From contig NC_086108.1 in assembly GCF_963921235.1 (NCBI RefSeq), positions 24,056,001 to 24,120,000 on the forward strand: 64,000 nucleotides of DNA, given 5' to 3'. Position numbers and translations under genes: made by a program. Every line of letters starts with the position of its first letter. Positions within the stretch are counted from its first letter, which is position 1. Below the pieces are notes generated by a model. It did not search any database. It worked only from the letters and a program-made list of their open reading frames with translations, and was not told the origin of the DNA. This stretch comes from Mobula hypostoma (taxonomy: Eukaryota). This document shows positions 23,645 through 37,020 of the stretch, one piece after another.

Positions 23645-25360
23645 CTCTTCACTAGGGAAGACACAAACAATCTCCCGGATGTAATAGTGGCCAAAGGACC
23701 TAGGGTAATGGATGAATTGAAGGAAATTTATATTAGGCAGGAAATGGTGTTGGATAGACTGTTGGGTCTGAAGGCTGATAAGTCCCCGGGACCTGATTGT
23801 CTGCATCCCAGGGTACTTAAGGAGGTGGCTTTATAAATCGTGGACGCATTGGAAATCATTTTCCAATGTTCTATAGATTCAGGATCAGTTCCTGTGGATT
23901 GGAAGGTAGCTAATGTTGTCCCTCTCTTCAAAAAGGGAGGAAGAGAGAAAACAGGGAATTATAGACCGGTTAGCCTGCTGTCGGTGGTGGGAAAGATGCT
24001 GGAGTCAATTATAAAAGATGAAGTTATGACACATCTGGATAGTAGTAACAGGATAGGTCTGAGTCAGCATGGATTTACGAAGGGGAAATCATGCTTGACT
24101 AATCTTCTGGAATTTTTTGAGGATGTAACTATGAAAATGGACAAGGGAGAGCCAGTGGATGTAGTGTTCCTGGACTTTCAGAAAGCTTTTGATAAAGTCC
24201 CACATAGGAGATTAGTGGGCAAAATTAGGGCACATGGTATTGGGGGCAGAGTACTGACATGGATTGAAAATTGGCTGGCTGACAGAAAACAAAGAGTAGC
24301 AATTAATGGGACCCTTTCGCAATTGCAGGCGGTGACCAGTGGGGTACCGCAGGGTTCAGTGCTGGGACCACAGCTGTTTACAATATATGTTAATGATTTA
24401 GATGAGGGAATTAAAAGTAACATTAGCAAATTTGCCGATGACACAAAGCTGAGTGGCAGTGTGAAATGTGAGGAGGATGTTATGAGAATGCAGGGTGACT
24501 TGGACAGGCTGGGTGAGTGGGCAGATGCATGGCAGATGCAGTTTAATGTGGATAAATGTGAGGTTATCTACTTTGGTGGTAAGAACGGAAAGGCAGATTA
24601 TTATCTAAATGGAGTCAAGTTAGGAAAAGAGGAAGCTCAATGAGATCTAGGTGTTCTTGTACATCAGTCACTGAAAGCAAGCATGCAAATACAGCAGGCA
24701 GTGAAGAAAGCTAATGGCATGCTGGCCTTCATAACAAGGGGAATTGAGTATAAGAGCAAAGAGGTCCTTCTGCAGCTGTACAGGGCCCTGGTGAGACCAC
24801 ACCTGGAGAACTGTGTGCAGTTTTGGTCTCCAAATTTGAGGAAGGACATTCTTGCTATTGAGGGAATGCAGCGTAGGTTCACAAGGTTAATTGCCGGAAT
24901 GGCGGGACTGTCATATGTTGAAAGATTGGAGCGACTGGGCTTGTATACTCTGGAATTTAGAAGGCTGAGAGGGGATCTTATTGAAACATATAAGATTATT
25001 AAGGGATTGGACACGCTGGAGGCAGGAAACATGTTCCCGCTGATGGGTGAGTCCAGAACCAGAGGCCAAAGTTTAAGAATAAGGGGTAGGCCATTTAGAA
25101 CGGAGTTGAGGAAAATCTTTTTCACCCAGAGAGTGGTGGATATATGGAATGCTCTGCCCCAGAAGGCTGTGGAGGCCAAGTCTCTGGATGCTTTCAAGAA
25201 AGAGATGGATAGAGCTCTTAAAGATAGCGGAATCAAAGGTTATGGGGATAAGGCAGGAACTGGATACTGATTGTGGATGACCAGCCATGATCACAGTGTA
25301 TGGCGGTGCTGGCTCGAAGGGCCGAAGGACCTACTCCTGCACCTATTGGCTATTGTCTAT
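23645..25360 (+). mobile_element. CR1 LINE, 5'-truncated, RT domain
   Basis: ORFs 23840-24643 and 24683-25270 with NYRPVSL, DFQKAFDKV, GVPQGSVLGP and FADD; stops at CpG-like codons; ctattg tail. Confidence 0.95.
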
Positions 25361-25379
25361 AATATCAAGAATGTCTAGC

Positions 25380-27381
25380 ATGCTATTCCATGTCTACACC
25401 GCAGCATCAGTAGTAAGGATCAAGAAGGTAAGGACCAGGGAGGCACAGGAGTGCCTACAGGACTGCTTCAAATCAGTGGACTGGACTGTGTTCAGGGACT
25501 TATCTTCAAACCTGGATGAGTACGCCACAGTTGTTACTGACTTCATTAAAACCTGTGTGGATGAGTGTGTGCCTGTGAAAACTTACTGTACATTCCCCAA
25601 CCAAAAGCTGTCGATAAACCAGGAAGTTTGTAGTCTCTGAGAGCTAGATCTATGACATTTAAGTCTGGCGACCCAGGTCTAAAAAAGAAAGCCAGGTATA
25701 ATTTGTGGAAGGTTATTTCAAGAGCCAAGAAACAATTCTGAGATAGCTTGGAGATGATATCAGATGCACATCAACTCTGGCAGGGTTTGCAATCTATTAT
25801 TTCCTACAAAGCAAAGCCAACATCATGAACGGCAGCAATGTTTCACTACCAGACAAGCTCAACATCTTTCATGCTCCTTTGACAGGGAGAATAAAACCAC
25901 AGCTATGAGGATCCCTGCAGCACCTGGTGACCCTGTAACCTCTGTCTCGGATGCCAATGTCCGGCTGTCTTTCAAGAGGGTAAACCATCACAAGGCGGCA
26001 GGGCCAATGGAGTACTTGGTAAGGTTCTGAAAACCTGTGCCAACCAACAGGCAGGGGTATTCAAAGACATCTCCAGTCTCTCATTGCTATGGTTGGAAGT
26101 TCCCACCTGCTTCAAAAGGGCAAGAATTTTACCAGTGCCCAAGAAGAGCAGTGTGAGCTGCCTTAACGACTATATTCCAGTAGCGCTCACATCTATGGTG
26201 ATGAAATGCTTTGAGAGGTTGGTCATGACTAGAATCAACAGCTGTCTCAGGAAGGACCTGGACCCACTGCAAGTTGCCTATCGCCACAATAAGTCTACAG
26301 CAGATGTGTTCTCAATAGCTCTGCACATGGCCTTGGATCACATGGATAATGCAAATACCTATGTCAGGATGCTGTTTATTGACTATAGCTCAGCATTTAA
26401 TACCATCATTCCTACAGTCCTGATCGAAAAACTACAGAACCTAGGCTTCTGTACCTCTCTCTGCAACTGCATCCTCAGCTTCCTAACCAGAAGACTACAA
26501 TCTGTGCGGATTGGAAATAACATCTCCACCTCACTGACAATCAACAATGGTGCACTACAAGGATGTGTGCTTAGCCCATTGCTCTACTCTCTCTACACCC
26601 ATGACTGTGTGGCTAGTTATAGGTCGAATGCCATCTATTAATTTGCTGATGATACAACCATTTTTGGGAAAATTTCAGATGGTGAGTGAGGGCATACAGG
26701 AGTGAGATATACCAGTTAGTTGCGTAGTGTCACAGCAACAACCTTGAACTCAACATCAGCAAGTCCAAAGAGCTGATGGTGGACTTCATAAAGGCTAAGA
26801 CAAGGGAGCCAAACCAATCCTCATAGAGTGATCAGAAGTGGAGAGGGTAAGCAATTGCAAATTTCTGGGTGTCAATATCTCTGAGGACCTAAGCTGAATG
26901 CAACATATTGTTGCGGCTAAGAAGAAGGAAAGATAGCAGCTCTATTTCATGAGGAGTTTGAGGAGTTTTGGCTTGTCAAATAAAACACTCGAAAACTTCT
27001 ACAAATGTATCATGGAGAGCATTCTGACTGGCTGTTTCACTGTCTAGTATGGGTGGGGTGAAGGCACTACTGCACGAGATCGAAATAAGTTGCAGAAGCT
27101 TGTAAAACTAGTCAGCTCCATCATGGGTACTAGCCTCCGTAGTATGCAAGAACATTTAAATGGACATTGAACCCTTGAGCATCACCTCACTACTTTTTTA
27201 TTTGTTTTTCTTTGCACGAATCATTTTAAAATATTAAATTTAGCTATCTAATAAATGTATATGCTTACAGTAATACAGTTTTTTCTCTGTATTTGGTTAT
27301 GATGTATTTCATTGTACTGCTGTCATAAAGTTAACAAGTTTCACAACATATGACAGTGATATTAAACCTGATTCTGATTCT
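25380..27381 (+). mobile_element. Rex1/Babar LINE, disrupted
   Basis: [65 protein letters not shown]; tail attaaacctgattctgattct. Confidence 0.93.
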
Positions 27382-27679
27382 AACCGGCAAGGAAATTGAG
27401 TCATCGTGCTTTACTGCTCAGTATGACTTTTGTTAGGGATGTGGTTATTTGCACAGAACTGTCATTATTGACTAATAAAGTGAAATTCACAAATACTGTA
27501 CAATGATAACTTAAGAACATAAGATAATAAGAACAGGAGTGAGCCACTCGGCCCATCAAGCCTATCCTGCCATTCCATATGATCATGGCTGATCTGCCAC
27601 AGGCCTCATATCCTTTTCTAAATCATTGTCAACTTCCTAATCCTTCAAAATAAAACTACTTCCTTTCAAAGATCCTCTT

Positions 27680-30310
27680 TGTCTGCCGAGGGAGATTTCT
27701 GCCATCGTTCAGGTCGTAGTGTACCATTTCAGGCCAACATTAGGCAGGCACAGGATGATCTGGGGTAACTAGCAAGCATGAAACTACACACTCTAATGCC
27801 TTCACTGTCATTGCGGGAGAACTCAACCAGGCCAGCTTGGAGAAGTCTCTGAACGATTACCATCAACATATCACCTGTGGAACCAAAGGAGCCAACACAC
27901 ATTGTCAGTGTTTTACCATCATCAAGAATGCTTACCGTACCATCCACAGTTACACTTTAGAAAGTCTAATCTCCTATCTGTACTTCTCTTCCCAGCATAC
28001 AGCAGAGACTAAAGACTGGAGCACCAGGTGGTGAGGACCAAGATGGTATGCTGGTATGCTCAAGGGCCGGGCGGGGGGCAGGGGGCGCGGTGGAGCACTT
28101 AAGGACTGCTTTGTGTCAGTGGGCAGGACAATGTTCAGCAATTCATTATCGAGTCTGAAGGAATACACCACAGCTGTCACCGACCTCATCAAGACCTGTG
28201 TGGATGAGTGTGTCCCTTCGAAAACTTACTGGACAAACCCAAACTTAATGCATTGGATGAACCAGGAGATCTGTAGTCTGCTGAGGGCTAGATCCAGAAC
28301 AAGAGTATATTAAGAGCAAGAAAACAATTCCAATTGAGGTTAGAAATGGAATCAGATGCATGTCAGCTCCGTCAGTGATTTAAGGTCATTACTTCCTACT
28401 ATGTGAATGGCTGTGATGCTTCACTCCCAGATAGGCTCAATGCTTTTATGCATGCTTTGAAATGGAGAATAAAATGACACCCTGCAGCATCGGGTGACAC
28501 TAAATTCTCTATCTCAGAAGCCGACGTCATAACACCTTCCAGAGGGTGAAACCTCGCAAGGCTTCGGGCACTGATGGAAGGAGGAGAAGATGGCAGAGTG
28601 CTGCGCGTGCGCAGCTCTCCGGAGAAAAATGATATCGTATCCGTTAAATAGGGGCCATGGACAATTCTGATTTGATGGAGAATGGACGTGAAAGCACAGA
28701 GGAGCATCTGGAGAAATTTCTGAAACGCCCATTCGCTGCTGCCATTACTGTGTGGTCGCGAATCTTTCGGAGGATAGGCCTCAAAACCCCCGGTCTTGCC
28801 TGCTTTTGGCGACCGAGAAGGAGGTCGAATCATACAGACAGAGATGGCGCTGAGTACTTGGTGTCGGAGAGCTGATCAGAGCTCGAAGTTTTCGGATGAC
28901 TCAGAGTCGGATTGTGGTCAACATGGCAGGGAGAGTTTTTCTTCCCTCTCTTGTCTGCGTGAGATGTGGGACATTTGGGAAACTTTGAACTTTACTGTAC
29001 TCACGGACTTCTTCATCAAGTTATGGTATTGTTACACTGTTATATGTGGTAATTATATGTGATAATTATGTGGTTTTGTCAGTTTTTTCAGTCTTGGTTT
29101 GTCCTGTGTTTCTGTGATATCACACCGGAGGAAATAATGTATCATTTCTTAATGCATGCATTACTAAATGACAATAAATGAGGACTAGGTGTCTTCATAA
29201 TCCTAATCCTAATCCTACCTAGTAAGATTCTGAAGCCCTGTGTCAACCAGCTGGTGGGAGTGATCAAAAGACATTTTCAGTCTCCCTCCACTGCAACTCA
29301 CTGTTCCCACTTGCTTCAAAACTTCAAAAGGATAACAACTATATTCGTGCCCAAGAAGAGCAGAGTGAGCTGCCTCAAGGACCATCGCCCAGTGGCACTC
29401 ACAACTACTATGGTGAAGGTCTTTGAGAGATTAATTACGGCCAGAATCAACTACTGTCTAAGCAAGGACCTGGACCCACCGCAATTTGCCTTCGCCACAG
29501 TAGATCTACAACAGATGCAATCTCACTGGCTCTCCACTCGGCCTTGGTTCACCTGGACAACAGTAAATCAAATCTAGTTGACAATCTCCAAACCCCGTGT
29601 CTCTATATCTTCCTCTGCAACTGGATCCTTGACTTCTTCACTGGGAGACCATTGTTGGTGTGGATCAGAAATAACATCTCCTCGCTGACAATCAACACTG
29701 GTCCACATCAATGATATGTGCTTAGTCCACTCCCCTTTTCTTTCTACACCCACGATTGTATGGCTATACAGCTCAAAGGCCATCTAATCCTCCAGAAGTG
29801 GAAAGGGTGAGCAGATTCAAGTCCTAGGCTTCAACATTTCTGATGATCTATTCTGAGCCCAACATATTTATGCAATTACAAAGAAGTTACAACAGTGGCT
29901 ATATTTCATTATGAGTTTGAAGAGAATTGATATGTCACCAAGGACACACTGATTTCTACAGCGGTTCCGTGGAGAGCATTCTAACTGGTTATATCTCTGT
30001 CTGGTATGGACTGGCTGCTGTACAGGATCAGGAAAACTTGGGGAAAGTCGTAAATTCAGCCAACTTCACGAGCACAAGCCTCACTTGTATCAGAGACACT
30101 TTCTAAAGGCGACGCCTCAAAAAGGTGACACCCATCATTAATTCACCATCACCCAGGGTGTGCCCTCTTCTCATTGCTACCATCAAGAAAGAGGTATAGA
30201 AGCCTGAGGACACACACTCAATGCTTCAGGAACAGATTCTTCCCCTCCATTACCAGATTTCTGAATGGTCAATGAACCCACAAACACTATCTCAATAGCC
30301 TTTTTCTCTC
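27680..30310 (+). mobile_element. Rex1/Babar LINE, degenerate (APE end + RT), carrying an insertion at 28580-29216
   Basis: LPREI, ALKDCFVSV, VPKKSRVSCLKDHRPVALT, DLDPPQFAF; 3' end with aacagattcttcccc. Confidence 0.88.
28580..29216 (+). mobile_element. ~630-bp non-coding retroposon-like element, copy 2
   Basis: Starts GGAGGAGAAGATGGCAG, same 3' block as 8705-9338, (AATCCT)n tail; cleanly interrupts the KAxGxDG codons of the host LINE. Confidence 0.8.
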
Positions 30311-30313
30311 TTT

Positions 30314-31153
30314 GAATTCTGGTTAATTGGCTTAGTGGTTAATTGGGGCAATTGCTTATTTAGGACAACTCTTAAAGAACAAAAACTAATTCAGAAAATA
30401 GCTGGCAGTCCTTTAATTTATTTGGGACACTTGTGCCATTTAATTGGGGCAAGGGAGTGTTGCCAAATAGTTTCTAACTAGCGTCACACCTGCGTAGTTG
30501 CACGGCTGTTAGATACAACACTGTGCTTAGAGTGAACAGTTTCTAAATAGCGTCAGTTGCGTGTGCTTGTGTTCAAGAAGCAGTGGTTTTTTGTCACTGA
30601 TAGTTGGTGAGCAATAAGTAGCAAGACAATTCTGAACTGGTTTGCTCACTGCAGTTTCAAGCATTCAGCCTTGGAGATGCTAGAAACGGCTGTGAGTGAA
30701 AATTAAACAATTTATCTATTAAAATAAGTCAGAAACTATGGAGAATTGTATCAATAATAGTCTTGAATGTTACAATGAAAGCGGAGATTTGGAGGATGCA
30801 ATTGTCGATGGCATTGTATGAATGCTGTCCATTATTTACACTAGATGTCTGCATGGATTTTGATCATTTAAAGTCAATTAAAAGAACACAACAGCGTACA
30901 GGTACACTGGTTTAATTCCTCTATCGATAACAATTAGGAACTAATACACAGTTTTAAGATACTGTAGTAGTACTGATAGCATTCTAATTTGTCTGTATTT
31001 CTGTTAAATACACTATTTGTTACTCAGTTCAATGGTAGTTTTTCTTTTTCATACCTTAGCTATTTCCAGGAAACTTCAGTTAATTGGGGCAGCTGCTTAA
31101 TTGTGCCAAAAAGTCCTGGTTCTGATGTGTCCCAATGAAGTGAAATCCACTGG
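30314..31153. mobile_element. Tigger/pogo-like non-autonomous DNA transposon remnant
   Basis: Ends attctggttaattgg ... cccaatgaagtgaaatccactg (decayed CAGTGGA-type TIR); internal ttaattgggg repeats; acidic transposase-tail remnant ECYNESGDLEDAIVD. Confidence 0.55.
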
Positions 31154-31699
31154 ATGTACTTCCTATTGTAATTTATAGATTTATTTTTAGGTATTGCAAT
31201 GCACTGCTGCTGCAAAACTGATACAGATCGCCAATGATTCAGCCTCAACAGAGTTCTTGGGAGAATTGCAGAGATGAACGAGAAGAGAGAGTGATGAGTA
31301 AACGTTATATAGATGTAAAAGTTTCAGTGCAACCTTCCATTCAAAATCTGGTGAACCACCCCAACTCAAATGTTATTCAGCTTTTCATCTTTTATATCCC
31401 TACCCTCTCAGCAATATCTTTCATTTGTCAGCCCATTTCAATTCTCAGTTTCCACACTGTGGCCCTGGAGATCGTGAGGGGGCTGCATGACTGATGAAAT
31501 TCCAGAGCTCTCAAGGCCTCCACTGCATGAGGACAGTGCATCCTATTGGTTCATATAGGAATGGGCAGTTACCCAAGTTGAGTACAAGAAGGGGAGTAAA
31601 TTAAGTTGTGCTGATAATCCCACCTCTCTGACTTCAGTATTATTTCATGTGACCCCAAAAGGAAGTTACTCAGGGTTGTTAGCCCTCAGCTCAGGACTG

Positions 31700-32190
31700 G
31701 ATTCTATTCATGGAATCCTTGTACAGGGCTGGAAGGCTGTGATTGCACTGGAGAAGGTGCAGAGAAGATCCCCAGGACCTAGCCTGGTATGAAAACACTG
31801 TATAGACTGTGCTTGTTTACTCAGAGTGGACAAGGCCAAGGAGGATCTGACAGAGGTATAGAGAATTATGAAGTGTACAGAAAGGATGCATTGTGAGAAA
31901 AGAAACATCTAAAACCAGAGTGCGTGGGTTAAAGATGACTCAATAAAAGGGGACCTGAAGATATATTGACTAAGGTTGGTGGATGCATTGTGAAACACAT
32001 TGCCTATGAAAATGGTGGAGGCAGAGACTCCCACAACATTTAAAAAAATATTTGGACAAGTACTTTTATCACCAAGGCATAAAAAGCTATGCACCAAGTG
32101 CTGATGAATGGAAAGAGCCTAGATGGCTACTTGACAGCATTTAGAGTAGGCAGGCTAAAGGCTCGTTCAGCGATGTATGACTCTGTGACA
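31700..32190 (+). mobile_element. Old CR1 3' fragment
   Basis: ALEKVQRR-like codons (gcactggagaaggtgcagagaaga), gatctgacagaggtata, 3' UTR. Confidence 0.7.
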
Positions 32191-32606
32191 CAAGAATGCA
32201 TCACCATCCAATAATATCACAGTTACCTTTTTTATCAGTGCCCCTTACCTTTAATAAGCCCACATCTCTCGATTCCCTCATCAATACAAAAATCTGTAGT
32301 GTGGCACTGAAGACTGTTTATTCTTACATGTCTGTATTAAATAACATTGCAGCTACAGTATAGGCCAATGTTTGTTGGATTATTACTTTTCCAAGCCAAA
32401 AATGTTCTTGCAGTTTCAATTGGTGCTGGTTTTACAGAAAAAAAACAGTAAGATTAAATCCAGAATGGGAAAAAAATCCTCATCTTTCAGTGTGCAATAC
32501 ATTTTCTCTCTGTTATCTGAAAGAAATTGTCGTTGCTCACGCAAGACAAACACTTGAGTCTGGAGAACATATTCCAGCCTTCCCTGTGCTGTTCAGTGCT
32601 CATCAC

Positions 32607-33310
32607 CAGACCAGATAAATCCGTAACCGAAGCTTTTTCTCTTCGTTTTGACCCTCCGTCCACACTGAAACGGCGTTTCCCTCCCCTGAAAACAGAGCTT
32701 TTCTAAAACGCTCTCCAGTGTGTGTCAATCTGAAAACGCCGGTTGGGCGGTGTAGTGTGTACAGGGCAACCGGAGCTTCGTAAAACCGCTGTCATGACGT
32801 GCCGGAGCAGATGGTGGCAGCAGCACGGCATTTCATTGTTTTCCTGAACGCAACCTCCAACACCACAACAACAATGCTAGATGGCTTCATACGTGTGTTC
32901 TTTATTTTATTGTCTACGTTAATAGCTTTGTAGTCATTTGTAACTCGCAGAAGCAGCTCGACTTCATCGTCTGTCCAAACGAAGAAGTCCTGTCTGCTTT
33001 TTCCAGTGGAGGTTTTCTTTGTATTCCTCGAACACGTTGTTGAAAACTTTCTTTTCCTGTTGCTGTAGGTACTCTAGTTTTTGACCAATGGAAATAGCAC
33101 AACGCCGCTGCGAAAATAGAAATCGTATACCATTTCCTCTTCGTTTGTTTTCTGTAGATGTGCCCTGCGCATGGCCAGTAGGAGGAGATTCTCTCAAATA
33201 CCCATTTTAATGTGGACGGAGGTATTTTCAAAAACGCCTGGTGTGGACGCCTATCGTTTTTACGCAAAACTGGCACTTTCAAAATTATCCGGTCTAGTGT
33301 GGATATAGCC
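32607..33310 (-). mobile_element. PIF/Harbinger non-autonomous element with Myb/SANT-protein remnant; one TIR missing
   Basis: Right end AGTGTGGATATAGCC followed by TTA; minus strand 32912-32995 reads RQDFFVWTDDEVELLLRVTNDYKAINVD; sub-terminal gtccacact/gtgtggac and aaaacgcc repeats. Confidence 0.8.
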
Positions 33311-33517
33311 TTAGTGTTAGTGAATGAAGTAAATCTTACTCCTGCACTGGCTGAAAACAGCTATCAGAAAAGGGATCTGGGTCCTGCCTCAACTTTTGGG
33401 TCAGTTATTTAGTAGATTGAGATGCTCAACAACAGTTCAAGTTTTCTATGTGAAGCATGGGCAGACTCAGCTGCCAATGATGTACACAGTTACAGATCAG
33501 ATCAATACGGCAACATG

Positions 33518-33687
33518 GCTCCGGTTACCCTGTACACACTACACCGCCCAACCGGCGTTTTCAGATTGACACACACTGGAGAGTGTTTTAGAAAAGCTCT
33601 GTTTTTAGGGGAGGAAAACGCCGTTTCAGTGTGGACGGAGGGTCAAAACGAAGAGAAAAAGCTTTGGTTACGGATTTATCTGGTCTG
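33518..33687. repeat. 170-bp inverted copy of 32607-32776
   Basis: Manual alignment shows 5 mismatches in 170 bp and no gaps. Confidence 0.9.
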
Positions 33688-33789
33688 ATGCTCCATGTCT
33701 GTGCTGACCATGATGACAATCTAAATTAATTCCCTTTGCCTGCCACATGGTAGACGTTTGATTAATTGCAAAAAATACAGAGCCTGGGA

Positions 33790-35160
33790 AGTAATCCCAA
33801 GATGCCATGCCCCAGCGGCCTCAATGACTACAGACCAGTGGCATTGACCTCCCACGTCATGAAGACCTTGGAGACACTTGTTCTGGAGCTGCTCCAGCCT
33901 ATGGTTAGGCCACACTTAGATCCTCTCCAGTTTGCCTACCAGCCCCAATTAGGAGTTGAGGATGCCATCGTCTACCTGCTGAACCGTGTCTACTCCCACC
34001 TGGACAAGCCAGCGAGCACTGTGTGGGTCATGTTTTTTGACTTCTCCAGTGCGTTCAACACCATCCGCCCTGCTCTGCTGGGGGAGAAGCTGACAACGAT
34101 GCAGGTGGATGCTTCCCCGGTATCATGGATTCTTGATTACCTGACTGGCAGACCACAGTACGTGTGCTTGCAACACTGTGTGTCCAACAGAGTGATCAGC
34201 AGCACTGGGACTCCACAGGGGACTGTCTTGTCTCCCTTTCTCTTCACCATTTACACCTCGGACTTCAACTACTGCACAGAGTCTTGTCATCTTCAGAAGT
34301 TTTCTGATGACTCTGCCATAGTTGGATGCATCAGCAAGGGAGATGAGGCTGAGTACAGGGCTACGGTAGGAAACTTTGTCACATGGTGTGAGCAGAATTA
34401 TCTGCAGCTTAATGTGAAAAAGACTAAGGAGCTGGTGGTAGACCTGAGGAGAGCTAAGGTACTGGAGACCCCTGTTTCCATCCAGGGGGTCAGTGTGGAC
34501 ATGGTGGAGGATTACAAATACCTGCGGATATGAGTTGACAATAAACTGGACTGGTCAAAGAACACTGAGGCTGTCTACAAGAAGGGTCAGAGCTGTCTCT
34601 ATTTCCTGAGGAGACTGAGGTCCTTTAACATCTGCCGGACGATGCTAAGGATGTTCTACGAGTCTGTGGTGGCCAGTGCTATCATGTTTGCTGTTGTGTG
34701 CTGGGGCAGCAGGCTGAGGGTAGTAGACACCAACAGAATCAACAAACTCATTTGTGAGGCCAGTGATGTTGTGGGATGGAACTGGGCTCTCTCACAGTGA
34801 TGTCTGAAAAGAGGACGCTGTCTAAGTTGCATGCCGTCTTGAACAATGTCTCCCATCCACTACATGATGTACTGGGTGGGCACAGGAATACATTCAGCCA
34901 GAGACTCATTTCACCGAGATGCAAAACAGAGCATCATAGGAAGTCATTCCTGCCTGTGGCCATCAAACTTTACAACTCCTCCCTTGGAAGGTCAGACACC
35001 TTGAGCCAATAGGCTGGTCCTGGACTTATTTCCTGGCATAATTTACATATTACTATTTAACTATTTATGGTTTTATTACTATTTATTATTTATGGTACAA
35101 CTGTAACGAAAACCAATTTCCCCCAGGATCAATAAAGTATGACTATGACTATGACTACTA
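33790..35160 (+). mobile_element. Young Rex1/Babar LINE, 5'-truncated
   Basis: ORF 33766-34533 with NDYRPVALTSHVMK, FFDFSSAFNTI, GTPQGTVLSPFLFTIY and FSDD; AATAAA + (ATGACT)n tail. Confidence 0.95.
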
Positions 35161-35218
35161 TGTAAACTTTCAGTACCGTGTCCTGCAAACAGAGAATAGA
35201 AACAAGGTATAAACTTAC

Positions 35219-35247
35219 AAAGGGTAGACTAATTGACTGGCAACCAA
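35219..35247 (-). CDS. Candidate micro-exon (LVASQLVYP)
   Basis: Acceptor gatttgtccttag, donor gtaagt; phase 0 to 2. Confidence 0.4.
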
Positions 35248-35889
35248 CTAAGGACAAATCTTCACACATCTCAGGGAGCACACTCAACATACTTTTCAAA
35301 AAATTCTTCTGATCTTGCTTTAAGAAACTGTCAGCAAGGATTTTGAAACCATGGTAACCCTTCAGATGCACTGAAAATGCTTCAGAATTTAACTGAAAAA
35401 TTGGAATGTTCTCTAGTGCATGTGCTCTCTAGAACACAACAAAAATCCATATGTGAGGCAATTAGAAAGTTTTAATGCTTAGACAATTAATGGAAGATAA
35501 TCTTGCCAAAAATAAGAAAGAACAAATAGCAATAAATAGTATAAGTTGTTCATGGTGATTAGAGATATTCCTTAGGCATTTTGGAACAGATGCCGTTTGA
35601 ACTATTCATGACTGATGCACACAGAAGCAGGAAAATAAAAGATAGACTTTCCTTCCCGTTATTTTTGGGCTGATGGGGACACATTCATTGCCTGGTAAAT
35701 TAGTTTATTCTTGTCACATGAACTGTGGCAGAATGAAAAGCGCATCTTGCACACTATTCATACATATCAATGCCTTACGACAATGCATTGAGGGAGTACA
35801 AATCAGAAAGGAATTAAAATCTGCATAACATCTAACTGGAATGAGTCAGCAACAGTGGAAGCAGACAAACTAGATGTCTTTGATCTTAC

Positions 35890-35959
35890 CATGTGGTCGA
35901 AGGAATGGAGGCTGCCATTTTGTGAACTGTACTGATCGGATATGGTTTGATCAGAAAAA
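35890..35959 (-). CDS. Candidate exon (FSDQTISDQYSSQNGSLHSFDHM)
   Basis: Acceptor ttgtgtctactttcag, donor ATG/gtaaga; phase 2 to 0 (a second frame is also open). Confidence 0.5.
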
Positions 35960-36499
35960 CTGAAAGTAGACACAATGAGGTCCCTACCAATAATCTGCCA
36001 CACAAAACATCGTTTCCAAATAAGGAGTAGTTTATTTAGTAATTGAGTCAAAGAGTAATTCAGCACAGATAAAGGTCCTTCGCTCCAATTGATCCATGCT
36101 TATTAGAAATGGTCCAGAAACATCAAGAAAAATGACAGAAAATCAGGGTGAACTAGAATCCATTCCTCTGCCTTCAATTTCTGTGATGGACAATTCATTT
36201 ATCTGCAGCTTATTGGTATGGCTTTTTAGCTTATAGGAATTGCACACGCCTTTTGGAAATCCTTTGTGTTTTAGAAATCATTTGTCATTTGGAAATCATC
36301 TATAAGATAGTAAACCTCTGTGAGTTTTAAATGGGTTTTAAGAATTTTATCTCAATTTAAATGTGTATCACTAAAAATGAACTGTGTTTAAGCTACTTTG
36401 CTAGCTGGAAGTATCTCCTCCTTGGTAGAGAGAAGGGACCCACCACTCAAATAATGGGTATTGTCAGCTGAACTCGCCATCAACAAATCCAAGACAACT

Positions 36500-37020
36500 A
36501 TACTCCACCATCACGCATCTGTTCCCTCCCATTTTGGACTCCCATCCCCTGAGGAAAAGACAATGACCATCCACCTTATCCTTATGATTTTATGAACTTC
36601 AGCTCGGTTACCCCTCATTCTCCAACACTTTAAGAAATAAAGATCGAGCAGAGCCAACCTCTCCCTATAACCCAGGCTTTCTTGTTCAGGCAGTATCCTC
36701 ATCTCTTGTGCACACTGTCCAGTTTGATAACCTGTTTTCTATAAAAGAGTGCTAAAACTGTACCAATAGTCTACGTCTCACCAATGATTTATGTATCTGC
36801 AGCATAATGTCTTTACATTTAAACTCGATGCGCTGACTGATGGAGGCCAGCATGCTGAATAACTTCTTCACACCCTATCTACTTGCATGGCTGCTTTCAG
36901 TGAACTGTGCACTTCTGCTCCCAGGTTCCTCTGTTCAACAACTCTTGTCAATGCCCTATCATTTACAGTATCAGTCCTGCCCCTGTCTGATTGTCCGAAA
37001 TGCATCATCTCACACTTAGC
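36500..37020 (-). mobile_element. Old CR1 fragment
   Basis: Minus ORF 36511-36702 (LGYRERLALLDLY...RMRGN..EVHKII). Confidence 0.75.
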
